Source of the DNA: an uncultured virus (IMG/VR IMGVR_UViG_3300034091_000306)
Taxonomy: Duplodnaviria > Heunggongvirae > Uroviricota > Caudoviricetes
Virus record (IMG/VR): IMGVR_UViG_3300034091_000306
Direction: 5' to 3' (one strand)
Length of the DNA: 64,000 nucleotides
Shown: one piece after another, positions 45,337 to 54,949 of the stretch
Layout of the letters: every line of letters begins with the position of its first letter
How positions within the stretch are numbered: the stretch's first letter is position 1
The notes under the pieces: model-generated
Databases searched by the model: none
What the model saw: only the letters and a program-made list of their open reading frames with translations
What the model was told of the DNA's origin: nothing
Made by a program: the position numbers and the translations under genes

Positions 45337-45564
45337 ATGAAGACGATCATCGTCAACGGTGTGAAGAAGCAGGTTGGCGCTCTCACACTCTCATTCGAGC
45401 AGCTAGTACGTTTGGCATTTGGAGACATAGCCGATCCAGACGCCTACGCAATTCGGTACGTCGGGCACATGGATGGGACGTACGAAGGCTACGGCAACGC
45501 GGTCTCCGGAGACAGGATCGTTGTCGTCAGCGGACTAACTTTTACGGTCAAGTTGAAGCCGTGA
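45337..45564 (+). CDS. ubiquitin-like (multiubiquitin/beta-grasp) domain protein
   Basis: IIVNG..K.V....LSFEQLVRLAF...Y.I.Y...G....G..I.V..G..F.V pattern. Confidence 0.65.
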   Translation: MKTIIVNGVKKQVGALTLSFEQLVRLAFGDIADPDAYAIRYVGHMDGTYEGYGNAVSGDRIVVVSGLTFTVKLKP

Positions 45565-46094
45565 AGCTCGTCGTCGTTGAATCTCCGTACGCAGGAGAAA
45601 TCGAAAAGAACCTCACCTATGTGCGAGCGGCGATGGCGGATTGTCTTCGTCGAGGAGAATTTCCGTTTGCGTCGCATGCCTTGTACACCCAGCCGGGTGT
45701 CCTCGACGACGCAATCCCCGCTGAACGAAAGCTAGGCATCGCCGCCGGCTTTGCTTGGGGAGAAAAAGCAGAACTGATCATCTTCTATGTCGATCTCGGT
45801 TGGAGCCGAGGGATGACGCTCGGTCTCGAGCGCGCAGGCACTCGAAACGCGAAGATTCGAACGCGGACGCTTGGGACGCCGTGGTCCGATGCGGTACCGT
45901 CGGATGCGGAGATGGACTTCGCGGTCAAGCGCGCGTTTTGTACAAATGGCATTCATCTTCCATACGAGGTACCGGTTCGCGTGAAGTCGCCCGGACATTG
46001 TTCAGACTCTGTCGAATGTGGTTGGCACTGCCCCCACTGCCTAAATCACGTACCTCTGCAAGAAAAAGACCTTCGAATGTTGGGTCCGCGTTGA
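45561..46094 (+). CDS. conserved phage protein, nucleoside deoxyribosyltransferase-like fold
   Basis: VVVESPYAGEIEKN...CLRRGE.PFASH.LYTQ..VLDD..P.ER.LGI.AG...YVDLG.S.GM. Confidence 0.7.
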   Translation: MKLVVVESPYAGEIEKNLTYVRAAMADCLRRGEFPFASHALYTQPGVLDDAIPAERKLGIAAGFAWGEKAELIIFYVDLGWSRGMTLGLERAGTRNAKIRTRTLGTPWSDAVPSDAEMDFAVKRAFCTNGIHLPYEVPVRVKSPGHCSDSVECGWHCPHCLNHVPLQEKDLRMLGPR

Positions 46095-46171
46095 TTATCT
46101 ATTGACGCACCGATATGACGATGTATGCATGGTGATGACCGAGTGGGGTCCTAGAGAAAGAGAGTTCGATC

Positions 46172-46720
46172 ATGAGCGATTTGAAGAACAAGATCAGTGA
46201 GCTGGCCGATCAGTTTTCGGAGGGGGTTCTCGCGGCCATCCGTACTGTGTCTCTCGATGAGCTGAGCGGCGAAGGATCCGAGGCGCCTGCCGCGCCGCGT
46301 CGCGGCCGTCCGCCGGGACCGGCCAAGGTTGCCAAGGCGGCCGGAGGCGGCTCTCCTGGGCGTCTTGCGCGTCGGAGCCCGGAGCAGATCGAGGCCACCA
46401 TCGAGAGCATCGTGGGAGCGCTCAAGAAGGCTCCTGACGGGCTCGGGAGCGAGGCCCTGCAGTCGATGCTGGGCATCGAGAAGAAGGAGATCACGGGGCC
46501 GCTCAACCAGGCGCTCGCTTCCCGCGTGCTCAAGAAGAGCGGGAACAAGAGGGCAACGCGCTACTTCCTCGGTGGCGGCGGATCGTCCAAGACGACCAAG
46601 AGCCCGAAGAAGAGCCCGGGCAAGGTCTCCTCGAAGAAGACGGCGTCGAAAAAGACGAAGAAGGCGGCTCCAAAGAAGAAGCCGGCGGAGAAGGCCGAGG
46701 CTGCCGCTTCGAAGGAGTAA
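46172..46720 (+). CDS. histone-like DNA-binding protein (AT-hook-like RRGRP, wHTH-like core, Lys-rich tail)
   Basis: PRRGRPPG; RRSPEQIEA...GLGSEAL...G.KRATRYF; KSPKKSP/KKAAPKKK tail. Confidence 0.7.
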   Translation: MSDLKNKISELADQFSEGVLAAIRTVSLDELSGEGSEAPAAPRRGRPPGPAKVAKAAGGGSPGRLARRSPEQIEATIESIVGALKKAPDGLGSEALQSMLGIEKKEITGPLNQALASRVLKKSGNKRATRYFLGGGGSSKTTKSPKKSPGKVSSKKTASKKTKKAAPKKKPAEKAEAAASKE

Positions 46721-47077
46721 GACCTCGGGAGACCGCTGGTCGACGTGAGGATGCGGCGTTACCTTTCCGCCGCGTTTTCTTCGTTACATCGGTGCGGACC
46801 TTCTTGCTCGGCGAGGGCTCCCCGGGAAGCCGAGCACTTTTTTCGCGATGGGGAACACGTCCGCATGTGTTCCCCATCGCTTTTGCGTTTCGTAGGGAGG
46901 AGTAGTTCATGGTTGATGTTGAAAGTTTCGACGAAGTGATTCTCGATGTCCCTTCGGGAGCCTGCCCGGAGTGTGGCGGTACTGGATACAGCGTTGTCGA
47001 TGATGGAGCGGATACATATCCCTGCACCATATGCGCAGGGACCGGAAACGCGGACGTTTCGCAGCGGGACGCCTAAA

Positions 47078-48643
47078 ATGGCCGCTCTACAGTGGAGCGG
47101 CATGCAGCGTGCTGTCTTCGATGACGTGCGTGACGGGACAGGTCATACGTGCGTCGAGGCTCTGGCGGGATGTGCGAAGTCGACGTCGCTCATTGAGTCT
47201 CTCAAATACGTTCCGGAGAAGGCGGCGAGCTCCATTCTCGTGACGAGCTTCTCGGTCGCCTGCGTCGCGGACCTCAAGAAGAAGGATCCGCCGTGGGCGG
47301 TTGATCTGCGCACGATGAACTCGCTCGGCAATCGAGCCCTTCGCGAAGGCGTAGAGGGCGCCCTGAAACTCGACAACGATCGCGTTTGGCACATCCTCGA
47401 CGATCTGATGCCGATGCCGAAAAATATGTCTCGCGAGAATCGACGCGGCTTCAACGCTGTTCGCGAGTCAGCAAAGAAGCTTGTTGATCTAGCTAAGGGA
47501 CAGCTCGCAGACGATTCGGAACTGCTCTATGAAATCTGTGATGAGTTCCATATTGAATACGAGGTTCCAGACTGGCTTGCGCCTGCTTTGCAGGATCGTT
47601 TTGGCGCGGATCCGGGCGCGGAGATGCTCAATATCGTTTTCAGCGTCTTGGAGGCGTGCAAAGATCTAAGTAATGGGATCATCGACTACAACGATCAGTT
47701 GTGGCTCCCCATCGTCTACGATTTGCCGTTCGAATCGTACGAGCGAATCTTCCTCGATGAGGCGCAAGATACTTCGACGGTTCAGATCGAGATGCTCTGT
47801 CGATGCATGACAGATACAACGCGCGTGTGCATGTTCGGTGACAGATTTCAGGCGCTCTACCACTTCAGAGGCGCCGGCATGGGAATGGAGCCTTTCGCCA
47901 ATCGATTGGATGCGAAGCGTTTGCCGTTATCTGTAAGCTACAGATGTCCTCGTTTAGTCGTGGAACTAGTACATCGAATCGTCCCTGAAATTCAAGCGGC
48001 GCCGGGCGCGCCTGATGGCATTGTCGATGAGATTAGTTATGCCTCGATGCTTCAAGATCTTCGGATTGGCGACACTGTTCTCTCACGAAGAAATTCGTCA
48101 CTCATTCGTCTCTTCATGACGCTTCTCCGCCTGCGTATCCCGGTCGGAGTGCTTGGCAATGATATCGGAAAGGTGTTGACAGCGTTCATCACGAAGACAG
48201 ATTCGAAAGACGCTGCCGATCTAAAAGAGAAGACGAAAGTGTGGGCTGAGAAGGAAACTGCGCGGCGATTGCGGAATGATCCCGACGCGAAATTGGATTT
48301 CGTCAATGATCGGGTTGAGTGTATTGACGTTCTTTGCGAGAACACGCGGTCTTTGCAGGATGTCTTCGACAAACTGGAGAAGCTGCTCGTCATGCCTGTA
48401 GGCGGCAAGGTACTCTTGAGTACCGTTCATAAATCGAAAGGTCTCGAATGGGATCGCGTGTTCATGCTCGACTTCACGTTCCCGATCAATAAGAGCTTCT
48501 GGCTTCAGTATGCGAACGGAGATACTGTGTGGGCGGCTGCGATGGCGAAGAAGATCTTCGATGAGGACCAGGCAGAGAGGGCGGTATACTATGTCGGAGT
48601 AACACGTTCGAAACGGGAACTGTATTTGGTAGGCGCTCCATAG
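47078..48643 (+). CDS. UvrD/Rep-like SF1A helicase
   Basis: ALAGCAKST, FLDEAQD, GDRFQALYHFRGA, SYRCP, STVHKSKGLEW, YVGVTRSK. Confidence 0.9.
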   Translation: MAALQWSGMQRAVFDDVRDGTGHTCVEALAGCAKSTSLIESLKYVPEKAASSILVTSFSVACVADLKKKDPPWAVDLRTMNSLGNRALREGVEGALKLDNDRVWHILDDLMPMPKNMSRENRRGFNAVRESAKKLVDLAKGQLADDSELLYEICDEFHIEYEVPDWLAPALQDRFGADPGAEMLNIVFSVLEACKDLSNGIIDYNDQLWLPIVYDLPFESYERIFLDEAQDTSTVQIEMLCRCMTDTTRVCMFGDRFQALYHFRGAGMGMEPFANRLDAKRLPLSVSYRCPRLVVELVHRIVPEIQAAPGAPDGIVDEISYASMLQDLRIGDTVLSRRNSSLIRLFMTLLRLRIPVGVLGNDIGKVLTAFITKTDSKDAADLKEKTKVWAEKETARRLRNDPDAKLDFVNDRVECIDVLCENTRSLQDVFDKLEKLLVMPVGGKVLLSTVHKSKGLEWDRVFMLDFTFPINKSFWLQYANGDTVWAAAMAKKIFDEDQAERAVYYVGVTRSKRELYLVGAP

Positions 48644-48651
48644 GACTTATT

Positions 48652-49263
48652 ATGCCTTCACTGACACACGGACATTCTAGGGATGGTGTCCTAACACGAA
48701 CATATAGGGCATGGAAGGCGATCAAGACGCGATGCACGAATCCTAACCAGAAACAGTGGAAGGATTATGGCGGACGCGGCATACGCATGTGTCAAGAATG
48801 GACGGATTCATTCGAAGCTTTCTACGCGCATATTGGACCGGCGCCTAGCGATCAGCACACAATAGAGCGCAAAGAAACGTCTAAGGGATACGAACCCGGA
48901 AACGTCAGGTGGGCGACAAAATTGGAGCAGGCGAGAAATAAGCGTTCTAACCGAATGCTGACTTTCAATGGACAAACGAGGTGCGTAACAGAATGGGGCG
49001 AGATAACCGGTATCGGAGGACGTACGCTAGCTAAGCGCTTGCATGACGGCTGGTCCATCAATGATGCGCTCACAATTCCTAAAGGATGCAGCGTAGGCGC
49101 TCTGAGATTGATCACTTTTGATGGAAAAACTAGGGCTTTGCACGAATGGGGTGTAGAGACAACGTTGGGCGGCGCTGTAATAGGTGAGCGTTTACGTCTT
49201 GGATGGTCTGTTGAAGAAGCTCTAACGCTACCCAAAGGTACTCGACGAAGGGTGTTGCCATGA
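48652..49263 (+). CDS. HNH-like (homing-type) endonuclease-related protein
   Basis: YRAWKAIKTRC.NP...YGGRGI.MC.EW..SF..F...TIER....GYEPGNVRWAT..Q..N, plus two TF.G.T....EW repeats; more AT-rich than its neighbours. Confidence 0.8.
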   Translation: MPSLTHGHSRDGVLTRTYRAWKAIKTRCTNPNQKQWKDYGGRGIRMCQEWTDSFEAFYAHIGPAPSDQHTIERKETSKGYEPGNVRWATKLEQARNKRSNRMLTFNGQTRCVTEWGEITGIGGRTLAKRLHDGWSINDALTIPKGCSVGALRLITFDGKTRALHEWGVETTLGGAVIGERLRLGWSVEEALTLPKGTRRRVLP

Positions 49264-50657
49264 ATAGTAGCGACAAGCAACTCACTGTAAGCGACCTGAG
49301 TGCCGACCAACGCGAAGCGCATGATCGAGTCCTTGCGTGGATTCGTGATATCAATGCGAGTCCGATTCTTACACTTGGCGGACTGGCGGGTTGCGGCAAG
49401 ACAGCTTTACTCGGTGTAATTGGCAGATCGTGTGGCGTGAGTCCAATCGCCTACGCTACGTACACCGGCAAGGCTGCTAGCGTTTTGAAGCGCAAGTTGA
49501 TTGCCGCCGGCATCAACACCACCGGCAGGATGCAGAGTGCTGAAGACAAAGAGGAGAGCGTCAACGTCATTCCCGACAACATTCCGTACTGCGGAACCAT
49601 CCACGGGCTCATCTACGCACCTATCGAGGATGCAGAGTGCGCGACGTGCGGCCATGTCGAAAGACGCCACAACCGAAATAACAACACAGGTATTCTCGAT
49701 GCGTGTGAAGGGTGCCCGTGTAAGCTGTATGTTGCCAAAAGCACCGGTCGTGTAAACGGTTGGCGTCGTCGCGACACGTTAGATCGGGCGTACAAGCTCA
49801 TAGCGCTCGACGAAGCGTCAATGATCTCGGACGATATTCTAGAAGACCTCCAGAGCTTCAACATACCTCTGCTGGCTGTCGGTGATCATGGACAGCTGCC
49901 GCCTGTTGGCGGGCTTGGCACACTCGTTCAGAATCCAGACATACGTTTGGAGAAAATTCATCGTCAAGCGGAAGGAAGTCCGATCATTCGCATGAGTCGA
50001 ATGATCCGTGACACGGGAAAACTGAATCCGGCAACTATGCGTCATGGGGACACGATCGTCTTCGATCGCATAGCGAATTTGCAGAAACACATTGAACAGC
50101 GCTACAAGGGGGCGTCGACGGCAAGACTGTTCGAGCTAGGTCTTATCTCCGGCACCAACAAGCGCAGAATTTCGCTCAACCAAGCCGTCCGTAAGGCGCT
50201 TGGAAGATCGGGGCCGCCCACGCCTGGAGAGCAGGTGATTTGTCTTCGTAACATGCGTGAGCGCGGCATCTACAACGGGATGCGAGGAGTGATCGAGGAG
50301 GTCACTTCGATGTCGGAAATGGGTCGCCCTTGGTGTATGACTGCCGAGGTTCGATTTCCTGAGGAAGGCATCACCGATACCGTTTCCATGTGCATGCGAC
50401 AGTTCAATCGAGAGAAGGCATTCAATTCGTTCGAAGAATTAGCTGAGTTCAATATCTTCCCGGCAAAATGGGATGACGTCGGCGGCCTGTTCGACTTCGG
50501 ATATGCTCTCACCGCACATCGATGCCAGGGATCGAGCTATGAAGATGCAATGGTCATCGCGGCAGATTGGATGGGCAACGACGCAGACACGAAGGCTAGG
50601 TGGCTGTACACAAGCGCGACCCGCGCGGTGAGCAAATTGACGATCCTGACGCCATAA
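49260..50657 (+). CDS. RecD/Dda-like SF1B helicase with Zn-finger insertion
   Basis: GLAGCGKT, TYTGKAA, TIH, LDEASM, VGDHGQLPPV, IHRQ, YALTAHRCQGS, YTSATRA; CATCGH...CEGCPC insert. Confidence 0.9.
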   Translation: MNSSDKQLTVSDLSADQREAHDRVLAWIRDINASPILTLGGLAGCGKTALLGVIGRSCGVSPIAYATYTGKAASVLKRKLIAAGINTTGRMQSAEDKEESVNVIPDNIPYCGTIHGLIYAPIEDAECATCGHVERRHNRNNNTGILDACEGCPCKLYVAKSTGRVNGWRRRDTLDRAYKLIALDEASMISDDILEDLQSFNIPLLAVGDHGQLPPVGGLGTLVQNPDIRLEKIHRQAEGSPIIRMSRMIRDTGKLNPATMRHGDTIVFDRIANLQKHIEQRYKGASTARLFELGLISGTNKRRISLNQAVRKALGRSGPPTPGEQVICLRNMRERGIYNGMRGVIEEVTSMSEMGRPWCMTAEVRFPEEGITDTVSMCMRQFNREKAFNSFEELAEFNIFPAKWDDVGGLFDFGYALTAHRCQGSSYEDAMVIAADWMGNDADTKARWLYTSATRAVSKLTILTP

Positions 50658-50672
50658 GATAGGAAGCGAGAA

Positions 50673-50942
50673 ATGAAAGAGCACATCGAGCAGTTCTTCG
50701 CATATGAACACCTTCCGCCGCATCTGCAGGAGGTAAGCATCCCGTTCGCGGCTCTCGCGCAGGTCATCCTCGATACGCTGCCGCGAAATCCGGAGCGCAC
50801 TGTCGCGTTGCGGAAGCTACTCGAAGCGAAGGACGCTGCGGTACGGGCGAAGATCGCGAAGGAAATACCGGCTGACGATAGGCGCCCTCCGGCCAAGCCG
50901 CCGGGACAGGCCGCTCCGCCAACAGATCGACAAGACTCGTAA
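50673..50942 (+). CDS. small helical-hairpin protein, Acb2/Tad1-like candidate
   Basis: FAYEHLPPHLQEVS.PF..LA......LP..PERTVALRKLLEAKDAAVRA. Confidence 0.55.
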   Translation: MKEHIEQFFAYEHLPPHLQEVSIPFAALAQVILDTLPRNPERTVALRKLLEAKDAAVRAKIAKEIPADDRRPPAKPPGQAAPPTDRQDS

Positions 50943-50965
50943 ACACATCAACTTAGGAGAGAAAA

Positions 50966-51298
50966 ATGCGAACCGCGGATCAGATTCAGGCCAACATCAA
51001 CGATGACAAGAATCGACTCGCCTGCATCAAGGGCGAGCTGCGAGACGAGAAAGATCAGCTCAAGGAGGCCCGCAATACCGTCAAGGAGAGCGAGAAAGAT
51101 ATCATCAAGCTCGAGAACGAGACCGAGCGCCTCAAGGCCGGACTGCTCAAGCTGAAGGATCACCTCACCGCCGCGAAGAAGCGTGAGAAGGCGGAGGCGA
51201 AGAAAGCGGCGAAGGAAGCCAAGGTTGCAGCAAAGGCGGCGCCAAAGACCGTCAAGTCTACGTCGAAGCCCAAGGGCGCCGACGAAGAGAGCGAGTAG
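50966..51298 (+). CDS. Lys/Glu-rich coiled-coil protein
   Basis: AGGAGAG RBS; heptad pattern. Confidence 0.6.
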   Translation: MRTADQIQANINDDKNRLACIKGELRDEKDQLKEARNTVKESEKDIIKLENETERLKAGLLKLKDHLTAAKKREKAEAKKAAKEAKVAAKAAPKTVKSTSKPKGADEESE

Positions 51299-51303
51299 TC
51301 ATC

Positions 51304-51564
51304 GTGGCCGACGCGCTGCTCGACATTATGACACTGAAGTATGTCATCGGGTACGCGAACACCGAAGACGGGTGGCGCGTCGGCCTCTTTGGTGACGAGG
51401 AGGGAGAGCGTGTTCCCCTCTTCACCTTTCCGCTTCGAGGCGAGATCACCGAGGAGCGCAAGATACAAATCTCGAAGGCGCTCACCGAATTCGTAGCCGC
51501 CTGCGAGCAACCGGACTACATCTCTCTTCAGAAATACGACCAAGACAACACAACAAGGAATTGA
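51304..51564 (+). CDS. hypothetical protein
   Basis: 86-aa ORF within an operon. Confidence 0.5.
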   Translation: MADALLDIMTLKYVIGYANTEDGWRVGLFGDEEGERVPLFTFPLRGEITEERKIQISKALTEFVAACEQPDYISLQKYDQDNTTRN

Positions 51565-51566
51565 TT

Positions 51567-51932
51567 ATGGCCCTCAAACTCGAATGCGAATACAAGGCAT
51601 ACAGCGGCTACGTCCTCGTCGAGCGCGGCTTCGGCGCGAAGACGGATACAGGCCTCATCATCCCGGGATCCACGACGGGCGAGAAGTTCTCTCTCGTCCT
51701 CAGCGCCGGGCCTGACTGCAAGCATGGCATCAAGCAAGGGGACCTCTGCACCTATGCTCAGGGCGTGGACATCCAGACGCGCGGTCCCAACGGCGGACAG
51801 TTGTTCACTGTTCCCGAGAACATGATCGGATGCGTCAAGCCGGTCGATGGCGTCTACCCGAGAACGAAGATCACTGCCGGACCCGTCGGCAGTAAGGTAC
51901 AATCCGAAGCCGCCGGAGCGAACGGTAGCTAG
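51567..51932 (+). CDS. groES: GroES-like co-chaperonin
   Basis: YVLVER...KTDTGLIIP...VLSAGP...IKQGD...G..I...L..V.E..I. Confidence 0.7.
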   Translation: MALKLECEYKAYSGYVLVERGFGAKTDTGLIIPGSTTGEKFSLVLSAGPDCKHGIKQGDLCTYAQGVDIQTRGPNGGQLFTVPENMIGCVKPVDGVYPRTKITAGPVGSKVQSEAAGANGS

Positions 51933-51934
51933 CG

Positions 51935-52519
51935 ATGGGCTTCACACTCAGCCAGCTTCAGAAGGAGAACCTCGTGTGGGTGGAGAAGAACTTTCCCCAT
52001 ACGAGAATCCCCTTCGACGGCATCGTGGAGGAGACGGGCGAGCTGGCCGAGGCGATCGACGTCTGGACGCCCGACGCTCCGCAGGAGATCCACGATCGCG
52101 TCGCCGACGCCATCGCCGACGCGGTTGTGTACATGAGCGATTTCTGCAATTTGAACGGCTTCGATCTCGATACGATCGTCGAGATGGCGGAGCCGTTGGT
52201 GCTAGACACCGTCGATCCGTTCATGACGGGGATGAAGATCCTCGGACAGGCAGCACATTCCAAGCTGAAGCTCCATCAGGGCATCCGCGGGAAGGCGGAG
52301 GTACATCGCGAGTTCTTGCAGCATCATCTCGGGCAGCTGTATCGCTTCTACGAGGTCATCGCCCTCAAGCATCTTGCGGGATACGAGATACTTCGTGATA
52401 GCAAGGGCGTCGGGATCATTTACGTGAGCAATCAGTCACTGATCCAGGTCATCGAGCACGTCTGGGAACAAGTATCCAAACGTGACTGGACAGCCAATCG
52501 TCTCACTGGAGTAGTGTAA
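51935..52519 (+). CDS. MazG-like NTP pyrophosphohydrolase (apparent internal domain duplication)
   Basis: LQ.E...W...NFP...GIVEETGELAEA...DAIADAVVY; second half AHSKLKLHQGIRG...WEQVSKRDW. Confidence 0.75.
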   Translation: MGFTLSQLQKENLVWVEKNFPHTRIPFDGIVEETGELAEAIDVWTPDAPQEIHDRVADAIADAVVYMSDFCNLNGFDLDTIVEMAEPLVLDTVDPFMTGMKILGQAAHSKLKLHQGIRGKAEVHREFLQHHLGQLYRFYEVIALKHLAGYEILRDSKGVGIIYVSNQSLIQVIEHVWEQVSKRDWTANRLTGVV

Positions 52520-52836
52520 TGAATACAACAAGTAGTGCGGAGAAGGAAGCGATCATCCAGAAGACGCTTCACTACATGCTCAGCATCATCTCTCAGTCTA
52601 CAGGAGAGACGCCGGTAGCAGCGATCTTCGTGGTGCAGTTCAACCGGCCGCAAGACGCCTACGCATCGATCACGACCGCCAATCTGGATGTGCCTGGCGC
52701 TACGCCAACACAAGGATTGGATCTGCTACCGATTCCTCTTGCGCTCAAGGTACTCGACAATCTCGCCGAGAGAATCCTGGCTGAGATCCGCGTCGCGAAG
52801 GTCCATATCAATACCGTTAGAAGCTCAGATGCATGA
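52519..52836 (+). CDS. hypothetical protein
   Basis: 105-aa ORF with TAATG overlap. Confidence 0.5.
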   Translation: MNTTSSAEKEAIIQKTLHYMLSIISQSTGETPVAAIFVVQFNRPQDAYASITTANLDVPGATPTQGLDLLPIPLALKVLDNLAERILAEIRVAKVHINTVRSSDA

Positions 52837-53018
52837 ATACACAAATGTGCTCCGCGAACTGCCGACGTCCCTACAACACGCCGCCTTGTCGATTTCCAAA
52901 GCGGCATCAACGATTGCACCTCGATGCGTAGTTTTTGGATTTTGGCAACAATCATCTTGATAACGGGTGTCATCGCACTCATCGCATTGCTGCGCGCAAT
53001 CAACATGCTGGATATTAC

Positions 53019-53570
53019 ATGAACAGACGCATCGCCGTTACCGGAGCTAGCGGCACGGGCAAAAGCCGCGTCGTCGAGCACCTCTACAGCCGCTTGCAGC
53101 TCCCCATCAACCCGGTGGGCAGCCGCTCCATCGCAAAGTCCCTCGGCTTCGACAGAGTCTATGACGTCGACAAGCACAACCTCCGCGGCGTGTTCCAGCG
53201 GAAGCTCTTCGCCGAGAAATCAAATTGGGAAGCTGCAAACGACGACTTCCTCACCGATCGGACTGTCTTCGACAACCTCGCCTACACGATGGTCCATGGC
53301 GGTACCGAGACGATGAGACTCGAAGAGCTATCCGGTTACATCGAGGCAGTGAAGCGATACACGACGATAATTTACTTACCGGTCTACGTCTTCCAGAAGC
53401 TTGGAGACGATCCCTCCCGCTCGCAGAGTGAGGTTTATCACCAAATGTATGACATGGTCATTCGCGCGCTATTCATCGAATACAAGATTCCGAACGTGCT
53501 TACACTTCACTGCCCGCTCGAGGAGCGCATCAAGATCATCGACAGTCTACTAGACGAAAAGTGTATTTGA
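53019..53570 (+). CDS. AAA_28/NadR-like P-loop nucleotide kinase
   Basis: RIAVTGASGTGKS, FLTDRTVFDNLAY, DDPSR. Confidence 0.78.
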   Translation: MNRRIAVTGASGTGKSRVVEHLYSRLQLPINPVGSRSIAKSLGFDRVYDVDKHNLRGVFQRKLFAEKSNWEAANDDFLTDRTVFDNLAYTMVHGGTETMRLEELSGYIEAVKRYTTIIYLPVYVFQKLGDDPSRSQSEVYHQMYDMVIRALFIEYKIPNVLTLHCPLEERIKIIDSLLDEKCI

Positions 53571-53782
53571 ACACCATGGACCGAGGAAGCAAAATCGAAG
53601 CGTGTCTCGGCTGCAGGGGAATGATGACACTGGCCTGCTTGAAGAGTGGTAGCTCTGAACGAGAAATGCTCTCCCACTACAAGGGCGCTTGGTTCGGCCT
53701 AAGGCAAGACGAGGAGGGCATTGTGTCGCTCGTCATCGCCTGCTCCCAGGCATGTGCTGAGAAGTTGCTCGATACTTGAAGT

Positions 53783-54163
53783 GTGGTTATGAGAGATGGA
53801 ATGAACCAGGCACACAAAATCACGTGCGATCTCGACGAGGACTGTTCGTGCGAAGATGCTGCACCTGCACCGATGACCGACGTGGCACCCACAGATGGGG
53901 TTGAGCCGCTGGGTGCGCTCGAGGCTCGCCTGAAGCTGGTCACGGATGAGGAGTTCGCGTCCTTCGTTCACCGCGTCACGATGCGCGCGGGCGTTTCTCC
54001 CAAAGGAATTTTAGCTGTCGTCCATTGGGGCGCGCGCGCTGACGTGAACGTGCTTCTGCCGACCGTCGAGGATCCGGGTGAAGCCGCCGAGATATTGCAA
54101 GAGCTGCGGGGAAGCGCCGAACTGTCGGTGGACGATTTGTTCAGGACGAAGGGGGATGCATGA
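53783..54163 (+). CDS. hypothetical protein
   Basis: HKITCDLDEDCSC N-terminus; contains repeat copy 12 in frame. Confidence 0.5.
   Translation: MVMRDGMNQAHKITCDLDEDCSCEDAAPAPMTDVAPTDGVEPLGALEARLKLVTDEEFASFVHRVTMRAGVSPKGILAVVHWGARADVNVLLPTVEDPGEAAEILQELRGSAELSVDDLFRTKGDA
53874..53900 (+). repeat. 27-bp dispersed repeat, copy 12 (read as TDVAPTDG)
   Basis: TGACCGACGTGGCACCCACAGATGGGG. Confidence 0.85.
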
Positions 54164-54480
54164 ACAAGATGACCAAGCGCGCATTGGACGTCGCCACTAC
54201 CGCGCTGAGAGCGAAGAAACCTAAGGACTTCCAGAAGCAGATCGTCGCCGAGGCAAAGCGCATCGGCATCGACATGAACGATGCGGATGCGATGGTCGAT
54301 AGCGGAGTGATGTACGGCATCCGCATCACTGAGGCGCTGCACGAGCTGGTCGCGGTGTGCCACGACATGGAGAAGCGACCCACGAAGAAATTGCTCGATC
54401 GCTACGCTCGATGCATCGCCAACGCCGAAGATGTGCTCGCGAACCCGTTCGGCGAGACCTTGCCGCGCAGGGTGCAGTGA
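54160..54480 (+). CDS. hypothetical protein
   Basis: 106-aa ORF with ATGA overlap. Confidence 0.55.
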   Translation: MNKMTKRALDVATTALRAKKPKDFQKQIVAEAKRIGIDMNDADAMVDSGVMYGIRITEALHELVAVCHDMEKRPTKKLLDRYARCIANAEDVLANPFGETLPRRVQ

Positions 54481-54926
54481 TGACGGGCGGGTTGTTTTGC
54501 ACGAGATGTAACCTGCGATGGGTAGATTGTCCGTGTCCGCCGGGAGTGGATTGCATCGATGCCCCAGATTCCGAGCCTGCGCCTGGGCGTATGCAGATGT
54601 CTGAGATCGGCCCCGTCCAGCACGCGGAAAATACCGAGCCCTACACTCCGACGGACGAAGACTACGCCGCGATGATGAACGACGGCATCATCCCTTCCAA
54701 GCCACGAGAGCGCTTCAAGCTCACTCTCAAGGCGCCGTACCCGCAGACGCACCCGCTCGCGCGTCAGCCCGGCAACGTCGCCGTCTATGTGTACGGCGAA
54801 GAGACCGAAGACGCGATCGTCATCTCCGCGCCCATCGATCCGAACGACGTCCTCGAGATCGAGCGCGCCGGCCGCTACGACGCTGCTACGAACAGCATCG
54901 TCGACGACCCCGAGCCACGTCCATGA
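54480..54926 (+). CDS. hypothetical protein with N-terminal Cys cluster
   Basis: TGATG overlap; CTRC...CPC. Confidence 0.5.
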   Translation: MTGGLFCTRCNLRWVDCPCPPGVDCIDAPDSEPAPGRMQMSEIGPVQHAENTEPYTPTDEDYAAMMNDGIIPSKPRERFKLTLKAPYPQTHPLARQPGNVAVYVYGEETEDAIVISAPIDPNDVLEIERAGRYDAATNSIVDDPEPRP

Positions 54927-54949
54927 TCGATCGACAAATCTCGGCCTGA

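Noticed and set aside
46136..46148. TGACCGAGTGGGG as an internally deleted repeat copy
   Set aside because: The match is too short to distinguish from chance in GC-rich DNA
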